Source of the DNA: Psammoneis japonica
Lineage: Eukaryota
Assembly (NCBI GenBank): GCA_008632985.1
Contig: QPGO01000298.1
Coordinates: 1-64,000, forward strand
Reading direction: 5' to 3'
DNA: 64,000 bases
Positions 12,826-26,300 of the stretch are shown here, one piece after another. Both the position numbers and the translations under genes were made by a program. The notes below the pieces were generated by a model, which saw nothing but the letters and a program-made list of their open reading frames with translations, did no database searches and was not told where the DNA came from. The first letter of the stretch is position 1. The number at the start of each line of letters is the position of its first letter.

Positions 12826-13065
12826 ATGGCATACAAGAACAAGCAAGTCGCTGCAACAACCACCAGCAGCAACAACAACAACAACAGCAGAAAACAAGCA
12901 AGAGTCCGTCAAGACTACTACAACGTTGAGAACCGTGGGTTCGGCCTCTTGCCACGTGCACAGTTGAGGAAACATCATGATAAAAAAAGCAAGAATGCAG
13001 AGACAATTTCGGTTCGACACACTGGATATGGCGTTTTGCCACCTGGACTTGGATGCAAGAAGTAG
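12826..13065 (+). CDS. Small basic hypothetical protein (79 aa)
   Basis: ATG follows an A/C-rich 5'UTR-like stretch. Internal echo RGFGLLP / TGYGVLP. Normal composition. Confidence 0.45.
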   Translation: MAYKNKQVAATTTSSNNNNNSRKQARVRQDYYNVENRGFGLLPRAQLRKHHDKKSKNAETISVRHTGYGVLPPGLGCKK

Positions 13066-13628
13066 GTCGCTGAACAAGAACTTTGTGTGACATTCTTGTG
13101 ACGAGAAAGAATCATAATAATATGGGTCGTGGGTAGCAAGCCTCTAACCATACTTTAGAAATGTTCGCGAAAGTCGAAAGCTCATAGAATGCTGCTATGC
13201 TGTTAATAGAGAAAGTGCATTAGATTTACAAACACGGTTCTCGTGTATTTCAAGGCGCATCAGGCAGAAATACACCAGGCAGATCCTGGCGCTGTGGACT
13301 TTGGTCGCCACTATTCGTCCTTAGTTTGCTGCCGACGGTCCTAGAAAAGATAGTAGATTCACCAATCACCATCAACCATCTACAAACTACTGTTGCAGAG
13401 AGTAGCGACAGCGACTCTGCCGTTTTTACCTCACTACTATGAATACACTCTACCGGTACACTGTCTCTACTAACACACTTCTATCTATTAGTGAGACTTG
13501 TGCGGCTGTCGCACCAGATCGAGAATCTGTTTCGAATCTTCGAATTCGGCATGCAGGAATTTCAGCATTGCTTTCATGAGTAGACTAAATTAATGCCAAG
13601 GAAGGCCAACTTATTGTACTCACATTTT

Positions 13629-14690
13629 TCACTCTGTGCTTGACGCACTATTGATATTGTCGTCGCTGCGCCTTCGTCTTGTTGGTGGAGGCGGAGATCT
13701 TGGATCTCGCAACAACGCTTGCTGTAATGAGCCATCCGGTTCGTGTCGACGTTGTTGCCACTGTTCGCCTCGTCTTCTTAGTCTTGCCATAAAATCAGAA
13801 ATCCCAGAAAACATACTGCTCGATTCTTCATTCTCAACAACGTGGTGTTTGCAAAGCGGACAAGTCGCTTGTCGTTGAGTCAACCACGGAACGATGCAAT
13901 CGGTATGAAAGACGTGTCCACACGGCAAGAGTCGTAACGTTTCTCCCTCTTGAAACTCTTCAATACAAACCGCGCACGTATGATGGCTGCTGCTACTCGT
14001 GGTGCGAAAGTCTTGACAAAAGGTCGTTTCGGGCAGATTCAGCACTTGCTCTCTCGACATGGGTCGTCGTCCTGTCTCCCGTTGTCGTCCCACGATAATG
14101 ACATTGCCATCCAGACGGATATGTCCCGTGTGGGCACACACGACGAGACACCCAAAAAAGGCCAAGAGGGACAACATGCCCGACATGACGGCTAAAACAA
14201 ATTCCTGTGCATCATCAAAACGAGTCCGCCTTGTCGGTGTATTGGAATCCAACTGAATCGCAGCGCCATTGTAATGCAAAAGAGCCTTTCCAGTGGAATA
14301 CGAGACAAAGAGCAAACCAATGTTAATGTCGGCAGGATTGGTGGCACTCATGGGAACCAACACGGAGCGGGGTTGGTCGTCGTAGACAATTAGAAATTCA
14401 ACAAGAGTAGTTCCGGCATTTCTCGCTTTTTCTTCAAAACTGCATCCTCCCCGTTTTGCCAGCAAAGCAATCGGTAAGTTATTTTTGTTTGAAACGTCAG
14501 TAGCATTGACGGGTTTGCACAGATTGGGATTCTCCTGTAGATACAACAAGCGAGCCTTGTAGCGCTGATTGGGTTGCCAAGTCATGCCAAATTGTGCCGG
14601 CAGACTGTCGAAAAAGTGACGATCCACCGAAACAGTGGCAGATACTAATGAGAGACACAGTGAGCTCAAGAACAAGAACAAGAGCATCAT
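13629..14690 (-). CDS. PA-domain transmembrane RING-H2 E3 ubiquitin ligase (RNF13/RMR-like)
   Basis: Signal peptide; PA domain (IALLAKRGGCSFEEKARNA...LIVYDD); TM helix; RING-H2 CAVCIEEF...LPCGHVFHTDCIVPWL...CPLC. Confidence 0.93.
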   Translation of the reverse strand: MMLLFLFLSSLCLSLVSATVSVDRHFFDSLPAQFGMTWQPNQRYKARLLYLQENPNLCKPVNATDVSNKNNLPIALLAKRGGCSFEEKARNAGTTLVEFLIVYDDQPRSVLVPMSATNPADINIGLLFVSYSTGKALLHYNGAAIQLDSNTPTRRTRFDDAQEFVLAVMSGMLSLLAFFGCLVVCAHTGHIRLDGNVIIVGRQRETGRRPMSREQVLNLPETTFCQDFRTTSSSSHHTCAVCIEEFQEGETLRLLPCGHVFHTDCIVPWLTQRQATCPLCKHHVVENEESSSMFSGISDFMARLRRRGEQWQQRRHEPDGSLQQALLRDPRSPPPPTRRRRSDDNINSASSTE

Positions 14691-15027
14691 GGCTTCAGCA
14701 GTAAAGGCTGTTGTAGGTGTTGTTGTCGTCGTCTTTGACACCGCAAAATCTTTTTTGCGTTGGTGCTACATACATGCTGCTGATGTTCTTTTTGGTCGTG
14801 ATGTGTCGTGAGATCTTTTGCCGTCGCGGTTTCCCGCGCTTTTTTCTTCAACGCAGAACGCATAGACGGACGGACGAGCCGGACTGAGTGACGTCATAGC
14901 TGTCAGAGACAAAGCAAACTCCTCACAACCAAAGTTCCGAAGTGGAAAAAGCGAGAGAGAAAACATGCAATGGCGTTGTCGACTGTTTTAGCCTCGTCCA
15001 TACATTAGAAAACGTCAAATACTCAAC

Positions 15028-16017
15028 ATGAGTCAGCAGAACGCCGCTAAAAGTGTATACGCGAGATCCCCATCCTTGGTTCGAGCCGTATCTCAGAGGT
15101 TTCCACCAACACGAGCCAACAAAATTATAGCATGGATTCTCGCGCTAATTATTCCTTGTTTGTTTTACATTGGACCAGCCATGGTGTTGCTCGTTCCAAT
15201 TCTTTTGTTTTATTCCGTAAAGGCATCGCTCATTTTACTCATAATTGACTTCATTCTCATGACGTATCCTCACAAACCGTGGCCACGCTTTCGAAGTATT
15301 TTTGAACTCTGGTATGAGCTTTTCGATTTGCATCATAACTTGATTGCAAACGATACGGCGCATCTCACTGAAGAAGAAATATCCCAGTTGCGTATTTGCG
15401 CCATGCACCCACACGGCGTGATTCCTTTCCAGGCTTTTCTTTGGATGGCGTTTTGCAGTCAATACTTGCCGACCCAATACGGCTTTGGCGCAGCCGCCAC
15501 GGTTGTGACGCGCATTCCGCTGCTGCGACAAGTGCTTTGCTGGGGATCGGCGGGACCTGCGAGTCGAGGTGTGCTCTACCAAAAAATGAGTCAAGGTCAA
15601 AATCTATTTTTGTTACCGGGCGGATTGGCGGAAATGTTTTCATCACGGCCCAAAACACACGTGGTCAAGGCCACTCGACACGGGCTCATGAAGCTAGCGC
15701 TGCAAACCGGCGCAAGTCTCGTTCCAGTTTATGTCTTTGGTGGAAATGATTTTTATCATCAAGTTGGATTTGAAGAGATTTCAAGACGACACCGGGCTGC
15801 ATTTATGTTTTTCTGGGGACAATACGGCTCGCCATTGCCCTATCCAGTCAAATGCAGCATGGTGTTGGGTGACCCCGTTGAGGCTGAAAAAGTGGCAAAT
15901 CCGACACCACAGCAGATCGAAGAGCTGCTAAAGCGATATGTGAATGAACTACAAAGAGTGTTTGATCAATACAAGGCTCAAGCAGGATATCCCAATGCGC
16001 AATTGGAGATTCGATGA
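15028..16017 (+). CDS. DGAT2: Diacylglycerol acyltransferase type 2
   Basis: N-terminal TM segments, MHPHGVIP motif, LLPGGLAE, GLMKLALQTGASLVPVYVFG, VLGDPV. Confidence 0.92.
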   Translation: MSQQNAAKSVYARSPSLVRAVSQRFPPTRANKIIAWILALIIPCLFYIGPAMVLLVPILLFYSVKASLILLIIDFILMTYPHKPWPRFRSIFELWYELFDLHHNLIANDTAHLTEEEISQLRICAMHPHGVIPFQAFLWMAFCSQYLPTQYGFGAAATVVTRIPLLRQVLCWGSAGPASRGVLYQKMSQGQNLFLLPGGLAEMFSSRPKTHVVKATRHGLMKLALQTGASLVPVYVFGGNDFYHQVGFEEISRRHRAAFMFFWGQYGSPLPYPVKCSMVLGDPVEAEKVANPTPQQIEELLKRYVNELQRVFDQYKAQAGYPNAQLEIR

Positions 16018-16365
16018 AAGATTGATCAGAAGAATTTCGCTCTGTAAAGTTGTCGGCTCTTCCGGTATATTGTCTTGTTGTCAATGCGGACTCTAGATTC
16101 TTTTGTATCTGAAAAGAAATCCAAACTAGTTGTACCATGCACTCACACGGCATTATCCCTAGATACAAGACCTTTCATTGATGGCGTTACCAGTAATGCT
16201 GACGCAATACCTGTAAGTCTTTGGTGCGCCTTTGCAGCAAATTGTGTAATAACACAGTAAAATGAAACAATCAATTTGGCTTTGAACTGTCTGACTCGAG
16301 CGCGTATCTACACTGGGCCGAGATGAGTAAACGTAACGCTAATTCTATGTCTGATCATTCCTATT

Positions 16366-16830
16366 CTATATCCAACGTGGCACTCTGCGGTTGTATTTCA
16401 AATAAACTGCGCCAAACTTATCTTCGAGCTGCTGTTCTTCTATAGGAATGTAATAATGATTCATTATCAAAGCATTTGCAACTGGAAACATGAAATGCCA
16501 CGCACAGTTTGTCACCAGTGCAGCTCCAGCTAGCGCAATGGTAATCCCAAGGTACATGGGATTCCGAGTCAACCCAAACTCTCCGTCCATGTGCAAGGGA
16601 GAATCTTGGGTCGGACTACCCATCATGGGGGTCTGGGTTCTCTTGAATGTTTGCTTTGAATCGATAGCAAACTTGGCACCCGCGAAAAAGAGGGGCGCGC
16701 CCAAGCACAAGCCCGGAATCCATGACGAAAAAAATCGTGCTGCCGACGTTCTTGTAAGCCATCCGATTGCCATGAGGGCGAGTGACGCCTTGTAGAGATG
16801 AGGTGGTTTGATTGACGGAACTACTGGCAT
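16366..16830 (-). CDS. Isoprenylcysteine carboxyl methyltransferase / PEMT-family membrane methyltransferase
   Basis: G.FGLTRNPMYLG motif, TM helices and C-terminal EEQQLEDKFGAVYLKYNRRVPRWI. Confidence 0.88.
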   Translation of the reverse strand: MPVVPSIKPPHLYKASLALMAIGWLTRTSAARFFSSWIPGLCLGAPLFFAGAKFAIDSKQTFKRTQTPMMGSPTQDSPLHMDGEFGLTRNPMYLGITIALAGAALVTNCAWHFMFPVANALIMNHYYIPIEEQQLEDKFGAVYLKYNRRVPRWI

Positions 16831-18975
16831 GATGCTGGAATGCAGAAGCTTGATTGACTTCACAAAATGTTGTGATTTGCGATGTTTTTGTGATCGTTCA
16901 GGAACGCAAAAGAAACGTGCTGTATAATAGGACTCCCACTGCTCGAGTGTGGGTGGCCCTAAGTAATTCTAAAAACCGTTAACGGCCGTTACTATGTAAT
17001 TTGGTAGTATTTTGGTACTCTATATATGAGGTATTTATGTAGAAATTACGTACGTACAATTAATAGGGGAAGCGAGCGTGGAGAAGAGACGACGCGAGCG
17101 AAGCACGAGCGAAGAGACCGAGCCGGAGAGAGACGCAAAGACAGCAATCCAACGATGTTGCAAGAGGGCGCAAAAGAGAGAAAAGATCTATTTGAGTTAG
17201 TACCATATCTTCAATAAAAAGAACAAAGCAAGACAACATTGGTGTGCACAAAAACTCACACAGAGAAGCACGGCACCAGCGCCTGAAAAATGACCACATC
17301 TGCGGTGAAATGGAACAACACAAGGAGGTGAGAACATACTTTTCTACAAATACAAAGCAACAACGAGCAAACGACCAATGTAAACTCACCAGTAGGGTCA
17401 AAACTTGGGGTGCCTGGATCGTCAACGGCGGGCAGGGAGGACAGATGGAAGAGAGGCAGTCTGGTGGTTCCACGGAGCAGGATGACAAAAGCAGGCGGCA
17501 AATCGGCATGAGCAATGGTAGAAAGTCGGAGCTTGGGATCGAGTGACTGGTCCGGTCCATACAAATCGTGGCAGAAGCTTGGAGAACGGAGGCAGCGCCA
17601 TGGTGGTACGGCGTGGACCGGGACAGAAGCAGCGCGCCATGGTGGAACGGGGACGGAGCCAAAAACGGTGACGGCGGCGGTGTAGACCCATGGACTTCGA
17701 TATCCCCATCTTCGATTCCTATGCATCAAGATACGGGACAAGGAGGTTCAAGGTGAGCGCCATTGCGAACGAGAACGGGGAAAAAGACGCATGATTCCAC
17801 GACAATCAGAACTCACCACATTTTGAGTCATTCTGACCCATTCTAGAGCCAGGACTCACTCACATGGCACGACCCAATGGTGTGTAACACTATCAAGCAA
17901 GGTAGGGGTCGGGAGGCGGTGTCGTACCGGTCAAATCGGCCAAAAGCGCCATTGTCGGAGGGAGCGGTGGTTGTCGATCGGCCGCTCTGGAAAAATTATG
18001 AGCCATCAACCTGACCGCACACCGTTCGGAGTCGCACAGAATTTCTCGGTACAAAATGTGCGCAAGTGTACGTCAGCATAAAAATCGTGCAGAAGGGGTG
18101 TAAGTAGAAACTTGCTGTCTCTCTGTGGACTACGAGGATTCTGCCGTTAAACTGTGCCAGCATGTGTGATTCTACGTGGTGGATTTGAATCAATCCCACC
18201 AACGTTTTTAAATTTCGATCGTAGTGACGGCTTTAGGTGCTGTGATGAACACACAAATAAGTTTGAATCAAATGTCATGTGTGGCGTTTACAATTTTGAA
18301 TGATTGCGCGACTGCCAGTCGGCACCAAAAACCGTCGCCAACAAGTAAACCTGCAGTACAAAAGTGCTCTTTTGCAATGCTTTGGCACTTCAGTCTTGCA
18401 CATGAAAGCGCTCACTGAGTGTTCAACGGTCGAATTATATGTGTAAAATCCTCACAGCGGGAGACCCTACACACGCTCCCGTGTGCACTCAACGCGCCTC
18501 GGTTACGACCTTCTCGTTGGGTTGCACAATGGCGAGAATGACCCCACAGGAGGTCGACGAGGGGCTCCCGGCCTCGTCGGTCTCCACCTCGTTGCTTGGA
18601 CCCTTCTCGTCGGGTTCGGCGGGGCCGAACCCTCCTCGTGGGCTCCACAAGTGCACAGGGCACACACCTGCAGAACCAGCACTGCAGGGTGCGCAGTTTG
18701 TTTCGCTCACACTTTCGGCCGACCGATCAACGGTGCGCAGATAGAAAGATGACAGCACGCTCTGCCTTTTACTCTGCTGTGCTTGTCACTTTCACATGCG
18801 CCCCATCTGTGCAGTTGCACATCATCCGCGCGCATCATCGCGTTTCAGGCACAGGCTCAGAGTCTGTGTTTCAGGAACATCGCGGAAGTGAGACGGATGG
18901 TGGCTCAAAATTTGTTGCCATGTCACCCTGGATTTGGCGAAACGCTCTGCAGAGCTTTCTGCACAAAACACACCA

Positions 18976-20090
18976 GAAAATGTGCCGTTCCGACGATGAT
19001 CCATTTCATCGGCACATCGACAGCCATGCCTTGCACCGTTCAGTGGTTGTTTGGATGCTTGCAGTTGAAGCGCACCATGGTGTTGGAATGGAGAAAATTG
19101 GCAAATGTTTGATTGATTTGTCCCTGTGACTGACCGAGTGCAAAATCATCACTTTTTCGACAGGTGCTGACATGTGTCGTTGATTGTCGTCATGCACTCC
19201 ACTCAGTCACACCCTGTGAGTTGTGACATGGAAGCTCGCGCACACTTTTCGTCATTGTCTTGCAATGGTGTTGTCTTTCTTGCAGCAAAACCATTGTTTC
19301 TGTCGTTTGCAAGAAATGGCTTTTCATTTTTTGCCGGAAATGTGCTCGCTCACAGATTGGGCTCTTCCTCGTTTTCACGCAGGTTCTCAGTCCATGTGAC
19401 ACCTTGGCATTGTTTGTTGGTGTCTGCATGAGGCGTGGTTGTTGGACCACAGGTCTGAGATTCTAGGCAAAGATGGTCTGGGGTCTCATTTTTGGATGGG
19501 AGTCGCTGTTTCATGACTCTTTTGGAGATTTCTGGACGGTCGTGTCGATTTCTTGCCGCTTGGGCAGATTTGAGTGCACTGGTGATGCTCTGACGGTGCC
19601 AATGAGTCAAGGAGGTGGGCTTGTTGGCTGACACTGTTGCTTGTTGTTGTTCAAACTCACTCAATGGGGCTTGCACTTTGTGCAGGATGTCGTCAGGATG
19701 CGACAGTGCGAGTGCCTCTAGAAATGGCATGAACAAACGCGGTTGCAGCAACAAGCACATGCACACTGGAGATGCAACAGAGTTTGCACTTTGCACAAAG
19801 GCAAAGTGGCGAGCACTCTTTGGCATGCCTCTCAGTGCAGAAAATGTGCCATTCCGATGATGATCTGTTTCATTGGCACATCAACAGCCATGCCTTGCGC
19901 CGTTCAGTGGTTGTTCGGATGCTCGCAGTTGAAGTGCACCATTGTGTTGGAATGGAGAAAATTGGCAAATGTTTGATTGATTTGTCCCCATGACTGACTG
20001 AGTGCAAAATCATCACTTTTTCGGCAGGTGCTGACATGTGTCATTGACTGTTGTCATGCACTCCGCTCCGTTGCACCCTGCAAGTCATCA
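18976..20090. repeat. About 250-bp direct repeat pair (18976-19226 and 19838-20090)
   Basis: The copies align end to end (aaaatgtgcc...gagaaaattggcaaatgtttgattgatttgtccc...caccctg). Differences are mostly TG/CA/CG exchanges. Confidence 0.9.
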
Positions 20091-23000
20091 AAGTGCCTGT
20101 GGAGTTTCCAAGACACACCATGAAGGCAGTTGCACGCCAACACAAGAGCCACTGAATGGACTCCATGCCAAAGTTCATTTCGTGGAGCACCAAGCAAGCT
20201 CCAACCCAAAGAGAGTGGGGCAACCACCTCTTGGTGGCTTTCTTGTCCTTTTTGGGATCAAGTTTGTAGACCTTGGCAGCAACTTCACGCATGTCTTCCT
20301 CAATTTCCTTGGAGGTGATGAGCTTGACATCTTGGCCAGCAGGCTCACACAAGGACAGAGGGGCAGTGGTGTCATTTTTGCCATGGATGCAAACAAACCA
20401 ATTGTTGATGCAGTGCACGGGCTTGACCAAGTCAAGACCCCCTTGAAGAAGGTTCAGAGGGAAGATCTTCTCTTCACCATGCTGGCCATTCTTCTGGGCA
20501 TGCCAGCATGCCCACATCTTGGCGACAGATTCGACCAGGATGTTCAAAATGTCAGCACCGGCAAGGCATTGGCAGTCCACAGACTCGATGCAGATGTCAT
20601 TGGGGCACCACACACGACTGGCTCTCTTGAAGTTAAGTGCCGGATGGTCAGGATTGGAGTGGCCAGACGTTTGTGCCCATTCTTGGAGACAGGTGCAACA
20701 AAATGGGGGCACACCTGACACCAGTCAGCAATGACACAAGCAAACCCATCTGGATCAGCTGCACACTTGACATCAGCACGCACCTTGGACTCAGCAAGCA
20801 TCTTGCCACCAAAACTCTTGTGATGGTTTGGAGCTTCATCAGATTGCTCAAGCTCCTTCTTGACAGCCATGAAGATCTTGGCCATTTTGGCATCGGATGG
20901 CTTGTCGAAGTGACAATTGCAACAGCGACCAAATGGAAATGTGATTTAGCCACATCCCTGACATGGCACAGGATGGAGCCTGACTTTGGCTGCTTGCAAA
21001 AAAACAGAGTTGCCCCCTGCCACATGCAAAGTGCACACAGCCAGTTGGTGCTGGTGGCAGTGCTCTGGAAGATGGTCCATGAGCATCTCTGGGTCATCCA
21101 GATCCCGTTTCACATCCTTGATGAATTTGAGCCAGTGGATGCATTGTGCATGAGCTGTCCCAAATGCGGTGGGGTCTCGGCCTCTGCAGGGGCCAGCAAC
21201 AACTCAGAGAACAGCCAAGAGCAGACCAGCTGCAGCAGCTCCTGACTCGGGAGGAAAAAGGTCCAGGTCTTTAGAAAAGGACACTTCTGATGCAGCTGAG
21301 CAACACGGACAGAATGAGGGAGGTGAGGGTCAGATGGACAGGAAACGCCATCCACCAGTTGCACGTCAATGCCAGCCCAGTGCTTGCCCTGTGAGTTGGG
21401 ACCAAGTTGAGCACAAGTGCAAAGCACAGACCAAATGCAAAGCCCATGCTGCCCCCAAAGAGACCAAGTTGTCTGACAATTCTGCCACCCTGCACCAGTC
21501 CAATTGTGATGGAGCAGGGACTTGCTGCCAAAGGTTCCAGGGGGGCATGACTGATGCTGGTCTCCAGATCTTGAGTCAACTGATTGGTCAAGTGCTTGAA
21601 GACATCCAAAGCCTGGATGCTGACATCCTGAGAGTCGCCAATGGCCTCACGGTGGTCCAGGATGCCGCCAAGTTGGAAGAAGGTGCAGATGATGTTTTGA
21701 ATGTCATTGAGCACATTCGCAGCAATTTCATGAGTGTTGCCATTGCTTGTGCTCCACTGCTTGCCACTCTTGCCGAAGGCTGCATGGCAGCAGCAGAGAA
21801 TCTGCTGCCAGAGAGCTGTCTCACAAAAGTTCTCAACAAGAGCATTGAAGATTAGCCTGACATTGGCAACAGCTGACACAACATCCAAAGAGTTGTGGGC
21901 ATGACCCTTGTTGCAGAGGGCAGATTTCTTGATCGACTCAGCAGTTGTGCTCTTGGAGTCAGAGGCAAGAGAATGCTTGGAGATCTCTTGACCTTCCTTG
22001 ACCATGTGGGAAGGCTCTGCATTGTCCACATGGGGAGTGAGGAAGTTCACAATGATCATCATGTTGCCCAAAAGTGTCATGACCAAAGCATTGGGAGGTC
22101 AATTGGCAAAACAAAAACAACAAAGGCCATCAGCAAAGGCCTTGTTTGCACAAGCAGGGCAGAAGGTGACAACTTGGATGAAGACATTCATCAACTTCCT
22201 GCTGTTCAAAGCTGCAGCAACAATCTGGCTGATGCAATGAGCCCTTTCAATCTTGCTCAATTCCTGAAGAGCATTGTTGAAGACTGGCTTGAGCACACAC
22301 AGAACAACAGCACCAGAGCCTGCTGCCTTGTGGCAAAAAGACAAAGAGCACTGACACTGAGTGCCAGCAGCCCTCTTCCTGATGTTCCCATCCTTCTTGG
22401 CATCGGGGCATTGAAGTTGATGGTGATGGGGCCTTGAGCAACCGCAGCTGCACCTGCCTGAGCTCCACTTGCATCATTTGCAGTCGGGGCTTGAATGGCA
22501 GCCCCCAAAGTCTGCCAGGCAATTTGGCGAATGTCCTGATGGTGGTTTGGACACTTGCACAACCATCCAAAAAGGGCGCAACTGCCTGAAAATTGAAAAT
22601 CATTGTCACAGAAGTTGCAAAAGTTGACATTCATGAAATCATCAACAACTTGGAGACCACTGGCAGCTTGATCAAAAAGGGGTCCTCCTTGGTCAAGAGA
22701 ACAACCCGAGTTGTGCTGTTGGATGCAATTGACAGCCTTCTGCCACATGTCTGGTGCCGGAAACTTGGCAGTCAGACTGGGACAATCATTTCCAGGAAAA
22801 AATTCTGGGGGGGAGGAGCAGCCGGGAGGGAGAGGAAACACCAGAGGGAGTGTTGAGGTGCTTGAGGGATGGAGGGTCATTGGCACCATTGGGTGGCAGA
22901 GGCCCTCAATGTTGATCAGAGGAGTCTTGATGCAAGGCAAGTTGCACACAACTGCATCGCCTTGAGGTGCCAGGGACACAAAGTGCCCCTTGAAATGTTG

Positions 23001-23370
23001 GCGAGTTCCTGTCATGGGAACAACTTCGCCAACAGTGTCAGACAAGCTGCACAAGTGCTTGACTTCATTGCCGCTGTTGACGAAGGGAACAGGCTTTGTA
23101 AATGGGATGATGCAACCTTTGCAAAACATGAGGAACTGGTCAAAATGACCATGGACAAAGTCCGCAATGGCAGAGCTGGCATTGCAATGGAGGGCGAGCT
23201 TCGTTTGGTGAGCAAAAGCTCAGCCTTGGTGCCCGACTGCAAAAAAGTGCTTGGTGGGAGTGTGCTCAATGGTGGCAAGGACAATGGTGGCCATGGTGGG
23301 ATGGAAGGCAGCAAGGAGACGAAGAGGCTGAGTGCAAAAAGGCAAAACCGGGGTTTTGTGAGAGAGAAAT
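20090..23370 (-). mobile_element. Tyrosine-recombinase (DIRS/Ngaro-type) retroelement remnant: gag-like ORF, RNase H tail and YR; no RT core recognised
   Basis: YR motifs LQEWAQ, WHAQKNGQHGE and PHSLWVGAC...IQWLLCWRATAFMVCL (HSLRxGA...RW.S.AF..YL with R->W/C and Y->C). RNase-H-like KHWAGIDVQLVDGVS followed by FFLPSQELL. Long upstream ORF remnants at 21271-23129. Confidence 0.75.
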
Positions 23371-23399
23371 GAGTTTTTGGGTGATGATCTCATGGCAGA

Positions 23400-26300
23400 A
23401 TTGCACAGAAATTGTGCTGAAAACTCATGACAAGTCAGCAGAATCAACTTTGCACACAACAGATCAGAAGCAACAAGAAAAGACCAAAGATGTTGTCAAA
23501 ACAGGTTGACTTGTGGGGGCACCCAGACTCAACATGATTGGAGATGGGTGTGGAGCAGAGAGCAAAGCCAACAGACTGCACAGATGTTGTGCTTGTGTTT
23601 TGACACAACAGATCAAAATCAACAAGGTTTGATTGAACTGCAATCCATGTTGGCTGGCTTGCGGAGGAACATTGGGATCCAGCATGATCTCAGAGGCATC
23701 TGAGGTGGCAAGACAACAGCCCCAATCCAAACCAACAGCGAAGCCTGGCTGCAATGCTCCGCACTCCAATGTGTGGATTGGAGTCAACAAAGACAGAACA
23801 GGCATCATGTGCAATCAGCTGGCTTGCGGAGATTCTCTGGATCCAGCAAAATCATGTGATTTAAAGAGGTCAAATGTGGTGGCCAGAGATCAACAAATCA
23901 AAGTCAAGCCAAGGATGCAGTTTTTGCAATGCGTGGACAATTGTGTGAACATGACAATCAACAGAAAGGAATTTTTCAACATTGTTGGCCCATGTCGGGA
24001 CACCGCAACTGACCCCATTGCTGCCGATCATCTGCCAAGAACAATGCGGGGAACTGGGGCGGCCTGGCCTCTCGTCATCGTCTGTTGTCTGTCCATGCAC
24101 CTTGCACTCCACGCTTCCATCACGCGGTGACTCCGCCAAGAGCACGGCCGCCCACAAGATGTCCTCCCCTTGTGCTTGGCCCATGTGCCACACCTTGTGC
24201 CATCTTGGCACCGATGACATGGTTGATCCAAGAGACGATGAGAGACAACACAAGAACACGAGACCATGATGGCAGCTGAGATGACCAACCATGACAAGTG
24301 GCTTGCTCTCATCAAGGATCATGTTCAAGAAAAATTAGGAACAGACAACAAGTGGGAGGAGGAGCGTTGGACAGGCTTCATTGAGGAAGCACTGTGGTCC
24401 ATGCACGACAATGATGTCATTGACGGGGACATGATTGGCACCACCAAGGGCCTCATCAAGTGCGGAGCATGACCAAGAAGCACCTGGTTGCAATGGCCAG
24501 AAAGCCTCCCAATGATGAAAAATTGTCCAGAAAGCTCAGGTCAGAAGGCGTGCCTCTAGTTGCATGTGCTTTGATGTTCGAAAAACGCATCTCGGCAGAA
24601 CAGAATGGTGAGTTTTTGCAGTTGTGAGCACTTGTGTCCCGAAACTGGCATCATCAATGTTGTTTTGACTCTCTCTTGTTTCTGTCTCGTGTTGCACTTT
24701 TGCAGCCAGACAAAGAGGCAGAGAAGGATCAAGCAGATCTCCCCTCAAAATTCAGGAAAGCACTGATGCTGACCGCCGAAAACCTGGCTCTTTCTGCTTC
24801 GCCATGGCACCGTCCCCTCGCCCAGCAGGAAGCAATGTCACACAACAGGCATCAGCAGTTTTCGAAAAAGAAGTGAACTCACACCTTGACAGCATCATGC
24901 ACCATGCTTTGCCTGGAAGCACTGTCCCAGATTTCAGAAACCGCGAAGTTGATGATGACCATGCTCACCTTGAACTGGACTCGTTTGCACATGTGACAAG
25001 AGACATGCTTGAAGAAGGAAAACCTGCTGATGTGTTGGGACTTTTGCGTGTGTTGCCACCTGGCATCAAGAAGAAGAAAGCAGTGCAAGCCCCATGGAAC
25101 AACCTCAAGCAGTTGCCAGGTGCTGGGGCTGTGAACCTTCAGAGGGAAGCTCAGAAGTGCATCATTGGAGAGACTTGTGGTGGCAGCAATGAAAAGAAAA
25201 TCAGCAAAAAGTGGTTGAATTAGAAAAGAAGATCTCCCTGATGAGGCTTCGCACTGAGCAGTCATCGGGGCATGAGACAACTGATGCAACAAGCTTGGTT
25301 GGAGCTGGGACTCTGTCTTTCATGAGTCCAATGGGAACGCAGCGAGCGAAGCATGCAACACATTGCAAGCACCTGGTCATGGACGCAATTTCAAAAATGG
25401 TGACACCAAATCTTTGGCGTCTTTTGCAAGCCTGTGCTTTTACATCTGCGTCCTTTTGATGACAGAGGGTGCCAACACAACATCTCTGTGGGAGTTGTCG
25501 GTGGGCTTGGACACCCTGCACACAGAACAAATGGCACAGGGAGAGATGCAAATGGTGCAGGGAGAGATGATGCAGAGATGCTGACAATTTTGAAGAGTGT
25601 GGAAACACAGCAGGTTGCACCCAAACTTCCTTTGGTGGAGGAAGATGAAGAGAAAGAGCTCTTGAAGGGAAAACAGTGATGGGATTTGCGTTTGAAATGG
25701 TGGTGTGTTCTTCATGCCACAGAGAGGCGAGTCGCTTTTGCTGGGCTTTGTCAAAAGAAAGTGGGGAACAATGTGAAAGCACTTGTCAACACTGATCCAA
25801 AGTTGCTGTTGCTGTGTCTCTGTCTTCTGTTGCAGCAAATGATTCGCAGAATTGGTGTCATGCAACTCTTGTGGTGTGCAGCTGCAAGAAGAAACTGTCA
25901 GCCTGTTCGACACTGTGTGCAGAGTGGACGGACAACGGCCCCGTTGCAGACCATTTAAATGGATCCTGATCAATCCTGATCACTTCCTTTTGTCACCAGC
26001 ACTCACAACAGGTTGTGACCCTTTTGCTGCTTCCTTTGCCCATTGCCAAGTCTGCTCTTGCTGAGATTTTGTGAGCGGGCTTTTCTCCACCACCTGGAAT
26101 CGAGCCTGCAATCATGGACTTGCTTGACCCACTTTTTGGTTTGTTGAGTCCTCTTTTTTTGGACCATGGAATCTGCACCAGGCCTGCATCATTTTGACCA
26201 CACACCCTCATGAGCAACATTCACCATGGCCCACAAGAACAGCAAACCAGCCAATTTGACTGAGTTGGCTGACATGTCAGCTTTCTTTCTGTCCCCATCT

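Noticed and set aside
17060..17760. Protein-coding gene, or a meaningful repeat (gcgccatggtgg twice)
   Set aside because: The overlapping ORFs have no recognisable domain and the duplication is short. It may be a TE end or UTR, but I cannot support either.
20041..23370. Alternative genetic code or foreign/viral DNA with unusual codon usage
   Set aside because: The bias is frame- and strand-independent, covers non-coding repeats, and differs between copies of the same repeat.
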